Shown: positions 36,480 to 51,400 of the stretch, piece by piece
Numbering within the stretch: the first letter of the stretch is position 1
How the letters are laid out: every line of letters starts with the position of its first letter
DNA from: Pecten maximus
Lineage: Eukaryota
Assembly: GCF_902652985.1 (NCBI RefSeq)
Contig: NC_047024.1
Coordinates: 24,986,001-25,050,000 of the forward strand
Length of the DNA: 64,000 nucleotides
Reading direction: 5' to 3'
Position numbers and translations under genes: made by a program
The notes under the pieces: model-generated
Seen by the model: the letters and a program-made list of their open reading frames with translations, nothing else
The model's database searches: none
Told to the model about the DNA's origin: nothing

Positions 36480-39400
36480 CTAGGAACTGTCCATGTCTTC
36501 AATTATAGGAGATTCCTTCATCAAACCAGACACTGTCGCCGTCTCCTGAACCTGAAAAATCAATAAGATTGGTTCACTACCAGACATTTACCTGCGTTAG
36601 TGACTTTTCTTAATGGGTTTCCCCTCAGTTGGGATATATAGCACAGCTAATACCAAGGTAATTCTTATTTTACAATTAGTCCATTAGTCCCACCAGTTTT
36701 AACCTCAAGATTTTTTTTTAGATAATGATAATGTTGTGTTTGAAATTCAAAATTCATTGTAGGCCATTTATTATAAAGAAAACCAAACATTGAATAGATT
36801 AAGATGTTGTTAATGTTTGAGATAAAAACAAGAACATCATTACTCAAAAGATAGGCAGCATTCTTTAAGATTTGGACCTGTATTAAGGTAACTGTACTCT
36901 TAAGATGCTCAAATACACATTTTGTGCTCGGGCTCAAATGCTTCTGATGATAAATCAGATGTCTGATTAAATATTTTTTCAAAGATTTGAAGGAATTTCA
37001 GAAGGATTTTAAGAGAAATATTGTATTTTCAATGTTTAGATTTTTCTTTTCAACTGCTAAATTCATGATTTAAGCCAGTTTAAAGAAAGTTGTGTTGAGC
37101 ACAGATTCTATGTTTGACCATGAGAATGGTTTTCATGAATGTGTGTCCATGTGTTTCTCTTACTAGAATATATACAGAACTGGATACATTGTATTAGTAA
37201 CCTTGGAACTGACCACACAATTGACCACTCCCCTTTATTCAATTTTCAAATTTCAAATTTATTCTGTTTTACAACTTCAGTAAAGAAGCACCAAGGACAT
37301 AAAGTCAAAATTTAAGATTAATTTTCATTTCTGTGATAATAATATATGGTACATGTATTCGAAGAAGAGGTAAAATGGGCTTGTATTGGTCTGCTTCTCT
37401 TGTCTCAATTTCAAAGTCGGATAAGGTCATTTAAAGACAAAAGTAGATGCTAGAGGGACAGATAAGTTATTGCATTAGTTCACTCTTCCCTTCGGCTCGA
37501 TGGTCTAGAATTATAAATGCAAGTATCAAGCTACCAATATTATCAACATACCTGTCGTAGGTATTCCTCGCACTCCTGTGACGCCTGAAACAAAAGCTGT
37601 GCCTGGCCTTTCAGTACCCTCACATTCCACGAGAAGTTGTCTATTGCCTGGCAAAGTAAAGTATTAGCAGCCACGATTACATTCTGATAAGCCGTTACAG
37701 TTGATCTAGGACATTATAAGGATTATAATTTAATTTGAATATAACTGAGGACTAACCTGGATGATGTGCATCCTTATGTGATTTGTCTATGTCAATATTT
37801 ACCTTTTTTACTTTCTTTTCTCGCAGACCAGCCTTCTGGCAGACATCTGTCAACTCTTCATGCCATTCGAGACCTGCTCTACAGCAATGCAACAGCTGTA
37901 AAACAGAACATTATAACAGTTACACAACATGGAAGTTGGGGCAACACCCGAAAATAACAAAATCTTTCTATCAGTTTGTTTGTTGGGTTCATTGCCCAGT
38001 GAACAGCCATTGTCATTTTGAGGCAGATGGTCCTTGTAGTAGCTGGTAGATACCTCACTGAGCAATATATGGGAGGCCTTTCACATGCCATCCAGAGCAA
38101 TTAAGGACATAACCATGACAAAACAGACCAGTCTATTTCTCGGCTTCTCGAGAAACACAAATCACCACGGGAAGGGAGAGTTGAACCCTTGGTGGTTTGT
38201 GGTTTTCTTTTATTAGAATTTGAAGGATTGATTTATCTCTGCTATTCCTTTTTAGCCCAGCCCCTCTACCCGAGGAAGGTCGGACACTATCTGTTTATTC
38301 TTGAATTACCTTCATCCAGGGATATTTCAGACACATTAGGTCGGACACTATCTGTTTATTCTTGAATTACCTTCATCCAGGGATATTTCAGACACATTTT
38401 GTTTAGTTTTCACTTAGCTTTTCTGTACGAGTAGTTTTTTGAAGGAAGCAATTGATAAAGGGAAAACAAATGCTGTACCATGAGTGTAAGCCAACTGATT
38501 CTTCAGAAATTTTATTTTATGGGAAAATAGATTGACCTTTGACCCTTGGTGTGAAATTGAACTTTAAAAGATGGACACATGTGTGACCAGACATGGATAT
38601 TTAACCTTCTATAATGATAAAAATACTAAGATTTAGAAATTGAGGTGTAAATTAACAAGCAAGAAATCAAAATTTTTGATTTTCCGGCTGATACGTACCC
38701 TTTCATACACTTTCCCACTATTCTGCACCAATAATTTGCAACTTTCTAAAAACTGCAAAGAAAAAGAAAGAAGATGGATGAAAAGAAAAAAACAAAACCA
38801 CTTCTTTAGCATTACAAAATATAATTCTTCAGACACATGAATCTTTCACCAAGATACCAGGGTTACATTACCCAATTGGGGTGAAAAGGCATCGGATCAC
38901 CTGACTTTTCTGAGATTACAAAGATTCCCTCCCAGACAAAGACCCATATGTTCTATTAACTTGACAAAAACAGGTAATTGATATAAGATGGTAAAACTTG
39001 ATTATCTAAATGAATAATTTAAATTTTAATGATATGATCAAGATTTAATTACTGCATGTATACAAAAAAACTCACCTCCATGTTGTAAAAATTCATAGCA
39101 CTTTTTAATTTATTTGGAAGATCACCAACAGCTTCTATGATAGGGTAGAGTTGCTGGAAAAGATCAAAGTAAGAAAGTGGAGATTACAACACAAAACACG
39201 GAATGTTATTAGTTCTTATCAATGACCTAGATACAGGCTTACTTCAAAACAAGATGTTCATGACAAAAACTTTGAACAGTAGTGATCTGCTACTAATGGA
39301 TAATAATGCAGAAACATATTTTATTCTCCTTTCAAATATACATTGTACATGTACATGTGAAATTTTCATAACAACTTCTACCAACCTCACACTCTCTGAC

Positions 39401-42400
39401 CTCTACTAGCCTCACACTCTCTGACCTCTACTAACCTCACACTCTCTGACCTCTATTAACCTAACAGTCTCTGACCTCTACTAACCTCATACTCTTTGAC
39501 CTCTACAAACCTCACACTCTCTGACCTCTACAAACCTCACACTCTCTGACCTCTACAAACTTTATTCTCTTTGGCCTCTACTTACTCAATAACATATGAC
39601 CTCTACTTACCTCATGCTCCTTGGTGCAAATAAAGTAGATGGAAGCATGCTGGCTGGAGTTAGACACCCTGGTTGCTAGGAAACGGATACACTGCTTGAT
39701 GCTAGCTGTTGGAGACAAACTACACTTGTCCTTGAAGGCGCAGAGGTCATCCTGGACATTTTCCCTCATATCCATAGCATCCCTCAGAGGCTGAATTGAT
39801 ATCTATCACAAACAATATATATATATACATGTATATAATCTAGGTCATGGGTGTGACCCAGTAATAAATAGAATATAGTTTGAGTGTTTTACTCAGTTAT
39901 AAAAATAATCTAGGTCAAGTGTTTGACCCAGATATCAATATAATCTAGGTGGAGTGTTTGACCCAGATATTAATTTAATCTAGGTCGAGTGTTTGACCCA
40001 GATATGAATATAATCTAGGTCGAGTGTGTGACCCAGATACAAACATAATCTAGGTCGAGTGTGTGACTCAGATATAAATATAATCTAGGTTAAGTGTGTG
40101 AGCCATGCAGTTATGAATTTACAATCATCTTATCACAAAGACTTAACTGCCCACCTCCCTAGGGTACTTGTAATGTGTGAACTTTAAACCTTTAGCTTCA
40201 ATATCCATTAAAACCTTATCAGGCATATACATAGAATACAAGGTAACTAAACTATTGTGTAATATACATTAAATCTGACACCATTGATATATACCACTAC
40301 AATGGTGGCCTCGTGTCATTGATATATATACCACTACAATGGTGGCCTGGTGTCATTGATATATATACCACTACGTACAATGGTGGCCTCGTGTCATTGA
40401 TATATATACCACTACAATGGTGGCCTCGTGTCATTGATATATACACCACTACAATGGTGGCCTCGTGTCATTGATATATACACCACTACAATGGTGGCCT
40501 CGTGTCATTGATATATACACCACTACAATGGTGGCCTGGTGTCATTGATATATATACACCACTACAATGGTGGCCTCGTGTCATTGATATATATACACCA
40601 CTACAATGGTGGCCTCGTGTCATTAATATATACACCACTACAATGGTGGCCTCGTGTCATTGATATATACACCACTACAATGGTGGCCTCGTGTCATTGA
40701 TATATATACACCACTACAATGGTCGCCTCGTGTCATTAATATATACACCACTACAATGATGGCCTCGTGTCATTGATATATATACACCATTACAATGGTG
40801 GCCTCGTGTCATTGATATATATACCACTACAATGGTGGCCTCGTGTCATTAATATATACACCACTACAATGATGGCCTCGTGTCATTGATATATATACAC
40901 CACTACAATGGTGGCCTCGTGTCATTGATATATATACACCACTACAATGGTGGCCTCGTGTCATTAATATATACACCACTACAATGATGGCCTCGTGTCA
41001 TTGATATATATACACCACTACAATGGTGGCCTCGTGTCATTGATATATATACCACTACAATGGTGGCCTCGTGTCATTGATATATATACACCACTACAAT
41101 GGTGGCCTCGTGTCATTAATATATACACCACTACAATGATGGCCTCGTGTCATTGATATATATACACCACTACAATGGTGGCCTCGTGTCATTGATATAT
41201 ATACACCACTACAATGGTGGCCTCGTGTCATTGATATATATACACCACTACAATGGTGGCCTCGTGTCATTGATATATATACACCACTACAATGGTGGCC
41301 TCGTGTCATTAATATATACACCACTACAATGATGGCCTCGTGTCATTGATATATATACACCACTACAATGGTGGCCTCGTGTCATTGATATATATACACC
41401 ACTACAATGGTGGCCTCGTGTCATTGATATATATACACCACTACAATGGTGGCCTCGTGTCATTGATATATATACACCACTACAATGGTGGCCTCGTGTC
41501 ATTGATATATACACCACTACAATGATGGCCTCGTGTCATTGATATATATACACCACTACAATGGTGGCCTCGTGTCATTGATATATATACACCACTACAA
41601 TGGTGGCCTCGTGTCATTGATATATACACCACTACAATGGTGGCCTCGTGTCATTGATATATACACCACTGCAATGGTGGCCTCGTGTCATTGATATATA
41701 GACCACTACAATGGTGGCCTCGTGTCATTGATATATAGACCACTACAATGGTGGCCTCGTGTCATTGATATATACACCACTACAATGGTGGCCTCGTGTC
41801 ATTGAGGAGTAAAACTCACTTTGAATGTTTCGTCTACTGTCTTCACTCCTATGGATTTCATACTAGGGTAATTCCTGAGGGCTCTATTCCCAGGTACAAA
41901 CTTACGATGATTAGCAGAGATCTGAAGTAAAGAGAAACAATTGTTACCTACTATATAGTTTTTACAGAATGTGTGGTTATACACACGAGAATGTTGTATG
42001 ATACTGTATTTATCTGCAAATAAGACCCTGGTCTCTTCTTCATTTTGAGGATAAGTACGTTAACACAGTACTCAACCTATAGAGACTTGTACTCATAAGT
42101 AAATTGTACATGCTGTTGTTATTCTCGTTTGCAGAGAAATTAGAAAATTAATACTGATACACTGTGTTCTGTATTCGACATTGAAAATCTACTTCTTAGA
42201 GAAAAAACTAAAGTTATAAACTATCTCTTACCTGGCTGTTATTGTCATGTCTGTCCAACTTACCTGGTTATTGTTTTTGTTCGTTAGAGCTACATGGACA
42301 AACAATGAGCACTTTTCTATAGGCTGGCTGTTCTCCCCCAGCAAACTCACATGACGGTATCCTGTAGACAAAAGATGCTGTTAATAGATCTGATAATATT

Positions 42401-45400
42401 GTCTTATTCTTACATGTTTGTTACGCGAAAATGTTAATGACCACTGAATAAACTTGGCACAAAACATAAACCAAAAAAAATTGCTCAAAAAAATAAACTT
42501 AGCACAAAACATAAACTGAAAAAAATTGCTCAAAAAATAAACTTAGCACAAAACATGAACCGAAAAGTCCCTGGAACATGTCAAAAATTTGAAAAAATAG
42601 AAAGTATTCCTATCAGAACATCAATGCCATAAATTGGGATAACAACATATTATCTGATTTAACTGTAGATCACTTAAGAAACTTGCACCAAAATGTTGAC
42701 CAGTTCTTGAGGCTCAGACAGAGGTGGTACATATACTATAATATATATAGGTACCATAATATGTCCATCAAAGTTTAACAGGCATATAGTAATAAATGAT
42801 ATCCTCTCACCTGTCCTGATACAGGTAAATGGTATAATAAATGATATCCCCTCACCTGTCCTGATACAGGTAAATGGTATAATAAATGATATCCTCTCAC
42901 CTGTCCTTATACAGGTAAATGGTATAATAAATGATATCCCCTCACCTGTCCTGATACAGGTAAATGGTATAATAAATGATATCCCCTCACCTGTCCTGAT
43001 ACAGGTAAATGGTATAATAAATGATATCCCCTCACCTGTCCTGATACAGGTAAATGGTATTGTGTATTGCCCCAGCAGTCTGTCCTCTCCTATAAGGGTC
43101 TTGGCTCGTGCTTCAAATCGTACTAGTGCCAGCTCCGGCATCTTTATCTGGAGTTCAAATGTTTCCTCCTCAAACATTGTTGCGAATGACGAAACTACAA
43201 AAATAAATACCTGTATAACAATCCTATTTGAGTTCAAGATTGCCCATAACATAAATTTTGTTAGACACTGTAAATATATGTGTGACAAGGTATTGCTGAA
43301 CATCACTTTTGCCCTTTACCAGTTCACTGTCCAGAGGCTGTTTTGTTAGTTTCAGTAATGATAAAATTGACCTCTGACCTTAGCTTCTGATTTTGAAAAA
43401 AATCTATCATGAGCAAGCACTCATGTTGATGAGAGAAAATGAATTTTCAAATAGCAATCTCAAACAAGCTGTAGGGAATCACCGTGTGAGGTTTGAGTTA
43501 ATTAAGTCCAAGCGAACGTCAGTCATTGCACAAAAAAATGTTTTCAATTTCTATTTAAAGTAACAGTGACCTTGACATTTGACCTTTTGACTCCAAAAGA
43601 AGCAAACATTTCTGATAAGAAAATGATGAATCTGTGATTCATCCACTTTAACTTGCATTATTGTCCAGAAATCGTGATGTTTATGGATGGATGGAACGAC
43701 AGAATGATGGATTGTCCCTTTCCAATCGTTAATAGTTACACCTCGTGGAGCTGTGGTTGGCTGTAGGTCCCAATTGTCTAATTGTGCATGATGTCATATA
43801 CATGTCATATACATGTACATTGTGATGTCCCCAGAGAAAGAAGCAGGGCGTGATGATGTGGGCATTTTCAATTTATTATCAGCCTGAGTAAATGTTTTTT
43901 GAAAGTGTTTGTAAAAAAGTTTTGGTATAAACAGAATTATACATGATCTTCCATATCATATATAATTCATAAAACTAATCTAATCTTTTTTCAACATTAA
44001 AGAGTCACTGGAAAATGAACAAAAAAATCTGATTTGTTTCATGACTCTAACATAAAATGGAAACTCTTATAAAATCTTATATATTTATTTCATAATCTAA
44101 TAACTTCCAGTGTTATTTTAAAATAATCACACTTAAAAGTATAACCTGAAATTTGCCCTTGTTTTGGACATACATACTATACAATTGTGAAAACTGTTAT
44201 TGAATATTTTTAAACTTAAATAAAAACACACTATATCTTACAATACAATTTGAAATAGCTAATTACTGAATACATATAACAATTAGTATAAAGATGTCCA
44301 CTTTTTCACTAATATTAACATTTAAGCCTTTGTTTATGAGTACAGTATTCAAATTTTTCCATAAACTATTCCATATGACATTTATGCCCAGAAGATATTA
44401 TAATAAAGAGTTAGACATGAGAAATTTGTATAAAATGCTAACCTTCACCCTGGTGGGGTTTAGTCTGGGAGTTAGACATGAGAAATTTGTATAAAATGCT
44501 AACCTTCACCCTGGGTAGGTTTAGCCTGGGAGTTAGACATGAGAAATTTGTATGAAATGCTAACCTTCACCCTGGGTGGGCTTAGTCTGGTACATGGCCT
44601 CATCAGCTGGGATCCCAATAATTCTAACGGAGACATAGATCTTGGTACCTTCCATCCTCACTTTACAGTTGGAGAAATTCTGTCCACTCACGACCTGTAA
44701 GGAAAGGGAAATGTTTCACAAATATCCCAAGTCTAATATGATGACTTAACAGCACTGCCGAACACTAACCATTCCAAACATATACTTTTTCCACACCAGA
44801 AATATTTTACCATGCCACAACATGATGCCCCAAATCAAGTTAAAATTCCTTTACCAGTACTTTAGGAGTATGATTGTCAAGATTTACCTTCTAAAACTAG
44901 ACCCTAACAATTCTCAAAGCCTGTTAAATTTTAGTCAAAATCTCTTCAGCCATTCTTAAAAAGTAGACTTTTTAATGAAAAGAAAGATTGATGGATAGAA
45001 AACAAGAAGGAAGTTTAAGACACTGTACATTGTACCACAGCACATCAAAGCTCACCCATGGCCCTTCATACCTTACAATGGATCCCAATGGTTTGACCTC
45101 TGACCTCTGACAACTTACCATATAACCCCTATATCAGACTGGACATACCTTGATGTGAAGGTCCATTTGTTGACTGGTCAGTTCATCCTCTATATGAGAG
45201 ATGGTGTTGGATTGGCTAGGTTTTGGGGTGAAGTACGAGTAGATGTCGCGGATGACCTGTGGCTGGAGAACGTACCCACACTGACCGTTCTTCATGAAAA
45301 AAGCTGTGTTTAACTCTGTAGGAAGTCCAGGGGTCTGGTAGTTCAGGGCCACTAGCAAAACAACATCCGTACATTACACTCATACCATATTAATCCAGAA

Positions 45401-48400
45401 ATAAGTCTATTCCAATATTAAGCCAAACCATATTAAATGCTGTTCAATAAAATAACTAACAATCTTGTAATTTGCCAGGGTAATTGTCCTGTAATAAGCC
45501 CACCCCAGGACACTGAAGTCAGACATTTTATATTTGTGAGCCCTCTGCAGGATTAAAACTTTAGTACAGAGCGTTACTGCATCATCGGATACCTGGTGAT
45601 AAGTAGCGTAATATAGTGCAATTAATTGTGGGTATCCAACGATGGCATTACCGATATCTGGCTCAAAAGTCTTATTCTTTCCATGTTTATGATCAAAAAA
45701 TAATTCTATAAACTAAAATCTATGATGAATATACATATGTATGATGTAAATTACACATGGTTTAAACCAATGGCAGGTCAGCCCTGGATAGCTAGTTTTG
45801 TACAAGTGAGCCCTGGAAGCTGAATTATTATTTTCATTACAACGAAAAATCTCACCCATCTGACATCCACAGTTCCAAAACTCGCAAGGTAAAAAATTAG
45901 ATGAGTTGATTCTGTTTGCTTTTGGGTAAATTCTGGAGATGAATCTTTTGTTATAGTTGATGAACTCCTCAGGACGTTCACGACACAACATGGTGGCTTT
46001 GCTCTCTCCGAAGGAACACATTTCGTAGTACTTTTCTGTAAATCATCCATAGCCTTATTGACCAGGGTTTTATACTTGATTACACTTTAAGATGTTGAAA
46101 AATACATTTTAGTAGATATTTACTCATGTTGATAAGTAGAGCTTACTCTTATTAAGGACCCAGCTGTATCATGCATTGTTAGCTTAATCCAACAGTATCA
46201 ATTGTCATTAAAACTAACAATACATGTACAGAGATCAAATTTTCATGGGTATACAAAATATTTCAATAGACCAATAGATTTTTTGAATACAACTAAAACA
46301 CATATTTATAGGTTTTAATAATTTTATAATCTAATTAAATGTAATTAAGCTCTGTTTCTTTAAAATTATCATCAAAACTGATTTTTACAGATACAAAGAA
46401 ATCAATTATTTATTCTATAGGCACTTACGCTGCTGTATGGAGACTTCAAAGTCTTTAAAGCCTCTGGATGCGAAGTAGACAACAAGATCAGATAACTCCT
46501 TCGCTAACTTGAGCGTATGACTGCTGTCATCCTGTAATGGAAGGATTTTAGAAAATTTATTAATTTTTTTTGTAAACAATAAACTTTATTTATTTTACAA
46601 CAATTATGAATCAAATCATATCAACATATAATATCATATTTGTTGGCCCAGATGGAAGTGCTAGAGGGGTCTCACTGTGGGAGGAAACTGAGTTACACAG
46701 ATAAAATGGTCAGGCAGCTAGGTCATTTTTGCGTGTCCGATCGGGGAAACCAGGGAACAGTGAAATGCCCCCCTCACCCCAATTTTTATAAACATACTAA
46801 ATTAATATTTGTTTTTAAATGTAAACTTATTTATTTATTTTACTATAACAATTTATACAAACTTATATTTATCCCTCTTCATGGCCTGGTTGGATGCATG
46901 CAAGGGTCTTACTGTGGGAGGAAACTGTAGTACACTGGTGTCTAAAGGTGAAAGGCAAGTGTGTTACCACTGTGTCACCTGACTACTCCATTGTTTTAGT
47001 GTAATAGGCAGTTCTAATACATTTTTAAGTAAAATACTTAAGACTCTTTGACAGCAGACTAAAACATTACATTTAGTATTTATTACGGACAAAAACCTTT
47101 TTCTTCTTCTTTTCTTCTCCTTCTGTTTCTTCCTCCTCCTCATCTGATACCACATCAACATCCTTGTTGGCAGTCTTGGGCAGCTTTTTATTCTAAAGAT
47201 AATAAATATTTAATTTAAAATATTTTATATAAGGAAGATGTCTAGCTTTTATTTTATATATTCATACCAGTTTTAAATCAAACAGTAGTGATAATATCAG
47301 AGGTATCTTGTGTAAAGGATACAATTTAATGGGCAAGGGTGACAATTCAATAAGTAAGAGAGACAATCCTTCTGGCATAGGCATACAAATAAATTGCCAT
47401 ACCTCCCGGCGTGAGACAAAATCTCCCTTATTTTCAAGTCATTTATTTCCTCCCGGCAGGAGAGCCAAAATTCCCGTATTTTGTAATTCCCTCCGGTATT
47501 TTTGCCGACGCCATTTTTATTTACAATTCAGTGTTTTTCTCGCGAGATTTTGCTAAATTTAGCGATCACGTGATCCATCTGTGCAGAAAAAAACTAAAAG
47601 TAAGGTCAGATGTAGCAGAGATAATCATACAAGCAGGACTGTCAGTGCAACAGACAAGGAAGATAATCCAAAAGACAAGGGAGATAATCAACAGACAAAA
47701 AGACGATCAGTCAAGGGAGATAATCCAACAGACAAGGAAGAATACACAATAGACAAGGAGATTATCCAAAAGACAAAGCGATTATACAACAGTCAAGGGA
47801 GATAGGTCAATAAGCAAGTGAGACAATCCAATAAGCAGAGGAGACAAACAGACAAGGGGAGATTATCCAACATACTAGGAATATTATCCAACAGATAAAG
47901 AAGATAATCCAATAAGCATGGGAGACAATCAAACAGATAGGGGAGACAATTCAATAAGCAGGGGAGACAATCAAACAGGCAAGTCTGTCATTCCTTTACG
48001 CAGAGGTGATAAAGGTGGTGTTAGTCATCAGATAGGAATGACAATCTTTCAAAAAGGGTGACATTTATAAACATCCTGACACAGGTTTCATCTTCATTTC
48101 TTAACTTAAAACTTTCCATAGAAAATCTAGTTCAGGAGCTTTTTGTAAATAATTTCTTACAAGAAAATTGTTAAGTTAATAAGCTTCCCTGGAATATTGA
48201 TGAAACCTGGGTCCAGAAGGGGAGATAACTGTGGGATTTAGAACAACTCACCTTGATAAGAACTTTCCTTTTGAGCTCATTAGGTGAGGGCAATACTGTT
48301 CGTTGTGTGTCTGCCTCCTCATGATAGAGATTATCACCCAGAATTTGAAGTAAGAACTCGGCCATTTGTTTCTGGAACTTGGGACTACAGTGATTCTCTA

Positions 48401-51400
48401 AAGACAGCACAACTGGGTATCTGGAGAAAAACAATAATGGAGATATTTTTCATTGTGTGTTGGCTAATCAGATATTTATAAATAATAAGAAAGTATTCAT
48501 AATTATCCATTTTTCGAGTTTGATTTTAGACAACTTTTTCCATGCTTCAAATTTTGTTTTAGTTTTTAGCTCACCTGCCCGAAGGGCAAGTGAGCTTATG
48601 CCGTGGCGCGGCGTCCGTCGTCCGGCCATCCGTTCGGTGTCAACTTTTCCATTCAAGCAACTTCTTCTCAATAACCAAAAGGCCCAGAGACCTAATATTG
48701 GGCCTGTAGCATGCTGGGGTGAAGGGCTACCAAGTTTGTTCAAATGAATAACGTTGACCTTCATTCAAGGTCACAGGGGTCAAAAAGGCTAAAATCTTTA
48801 AAAGACTTCTTTTCAATAACCAAGAGTCCCAGGGAGTTGATATTGGGTCTGTAGCATGCTGGGGTGAAGGGCTACCAAGTTTGTTCAAATGAATGACCTG
48901 ATTTGTATGATGTATGTATGTGTGCATGTATTGTGTATGTATGTGTGATATGGGTCAATCAAGTGCGATTACAGGTTGTGAGTCAGTAATGGTAAGTGTG
49001 GATTTCCACGCTAGACCATAACACGACTGGCTCACAGCTGGTGATCATGATTGACCTATCCAACTATCATGAAGTGTATGTATATATGTATGCATGTATG
49101 TACATGTGTGGTATGTATGTAATTATGTATGTGTGATATGGGTCAATCAAGTGTGATTACAGGTTGTGGGTCAGTAGTGGTAAGTGTGGATTTCCACGCT
49201 AGACCATAACAAGACTGACTCACAGCTGGTGATCATGATTGAAGTATCCAAATATCATACGGTGTATGTACAGTGTATGTATGTATGTATGTGTATGTAT
49301 GTATGTATGTATGTATGTATGTATGTATATGCGAAATCAATGTGCGAGATGCAATCAAGTGAGTGACGTAATAATTAAATATGTATATATGGTGAGAGAA
49401 ATTATTTAGGAAGTAATGAATCCAGTGTATGAATGTGTGTAATACATTGAAAGAAAATAAAGGAATGAAATGTGTAAATGAATGTAAGGTGATGAATGAG
49501 AGCCCTCTTGTATGAGGATATATTTGTCAGGATACTGAATCCAGGGCCTCAACCCTGGCAGCAGTCCAAATTTTTAAATGTTCTGGGGCATTAAAATTTC
49601 TTGTACCTTCAAAAAAAAAAAAAATATGCTAAAAAAAAATTAAACGACTTCTTCTAAATAGCCGAAAGACCCAGGGACTTGATATTGGGTCTGTAGCATG
49701 CTGGGGTAAAGGGCTACCAAGTTTGTTCAAATGAATGACCTTGACCTTCATTCAAGGTCACAGGAGTCCAAAAGGCTAAAATCTTTAAACGACTTCTTCT
49801 CAATAACCAACAGTTCCAGAGACCTAATATTTGGCCTGCAGCATACTAGGGTGAAGGGCTCCCAAATTTGTTCAAATGAATGACCTTGACCTTCATTCAA
49901 GGTCACAGGAGTCAAAAAGACTAAAATCTTTAAACGACTTCTTCTCAATAAACAAGAGTACCAGAGACCTAATATTTGGCCTGTAGCATGCTGGGGTGAA
50001 GGGCTACCTAGTTTGTTCAAATGACTGACCTTGACCTTCATTCAATGTCACAGGGGCCAAAAAGGCTAAAATCTTTAAACAACTTTTTCTCAATAACCAA
50101 GAGTCCCAGGGAGTTGATATTGGGTCTGTAGCATGCTGGGGTAAAGGGCTACCAAGTTTGTTCAAATGAATGACCTTGACCTTCATTCAAGGTCACAGGA
50201 GTCAAAAAGGCTAAAATCTTTAAACGACTTCTTCTCAATAACCAACAGTCCCAGAGACCTAATATTTGGCCTGTAGCATGCTGGGGTAAGGGCTACCAAG
50301 TTTGTTCAAATGAATGACTTTGATCTTCATTCAAAGTCACTGGAGTCAAAAAGGCTAACATTTTTAAACAACTTTTTCTCAATAACCAAGAGTCCCAGGG
50401 AGTTGATATTGGGTCTGTAGCATGCTGGGGTAAAGGGCTACCAAGTTTGTTCAAATGAATGACCTTGACTTTCATTCAAGGTCACAGGAGTCAAAAAGGC
50501 TAAAATCTTTAAACGACTTCTTCTCAATAACCAACAGTCCCAGAGACCTAATATTTGGCCTGTAGCATGCTGGGGTAAGGGCTACCAAGTTTGTTCAAAT
50601 GAATGACCTTGATCTTCATTCAAAGTCACTGGAGTCAAAAAGGCTAACATTTTTAAATGACTTCTTATCAATAACCAAGAGTCCCAGGGAGTTGATATTG
50701 GGTCTGTGGCATGCTGCGGTAAAGGGCTACCAAGTTTGTTCAATTGAATGACCTTGACCTTCATTTTCAAGGTCACAGGAGTCAAAAAGGCTAAAATCTT
50801 GAAACAACTTCTTCTCAATAACCAAGAGTCCCATGGAGTTAATATTGGGTCTGTAGCATGCTGGGGTGAAGGGCTACCAAGTTTTTTCAAATGAATGACC
50901 CTGACTCACATTCAAGGTCACGTCAATCAAGTATGCTTAAATCTTTAAATGACTTTTAGTGAAAAGCCAAAGTGCAGAGAGACATTATATTGGTCCTGTA
51001 GCATGCTTTCAAATAACTGCAGGATCCATATTTGAAAAGATCACTGCATTACAGGTGAGCGATTTGGGCCCATTGGGCCCTTGTTAAAACTTACTCTGAT
51101 GTGTGAAATGCCCATTCTTTGACACATTTGATGACATCTTGAAACAAAATGGCTGATGTCAGACTTAATGAGCCATGCTTGATGATAGGGCCATCATCAT
51201 ATCCATCATAGCAGTCCACTGTAAAATAGACATACACTTTACAATAAACAAGTAAGTAAAGGAATATTTAACATCGATCTTTTCCCTTTTTTTTTTGCAA
51301 CCTGACAAAATTGTTCATTTTGAAGTTGCAAAGAAATATTTAATAACTTTCCCCTTTGCAGTGGAGTATTATCCTGCCAATTTTGATTTACAGAACCTTG

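Noticed and set aside
38277-38398. 61-bp direct duplication containing a minus-strand GAAG|GTAATT donor-like site, considered as an extra exon or junction array
   Set aside because: From the nearest upstream AG all three frames hit stops, and gene B is complete and colinear with gene A without it.
48468-50890. Repeated MKVKVIHLNKLGSP ORFs
   Set aside because: Translations of the HINE internal satellite units.
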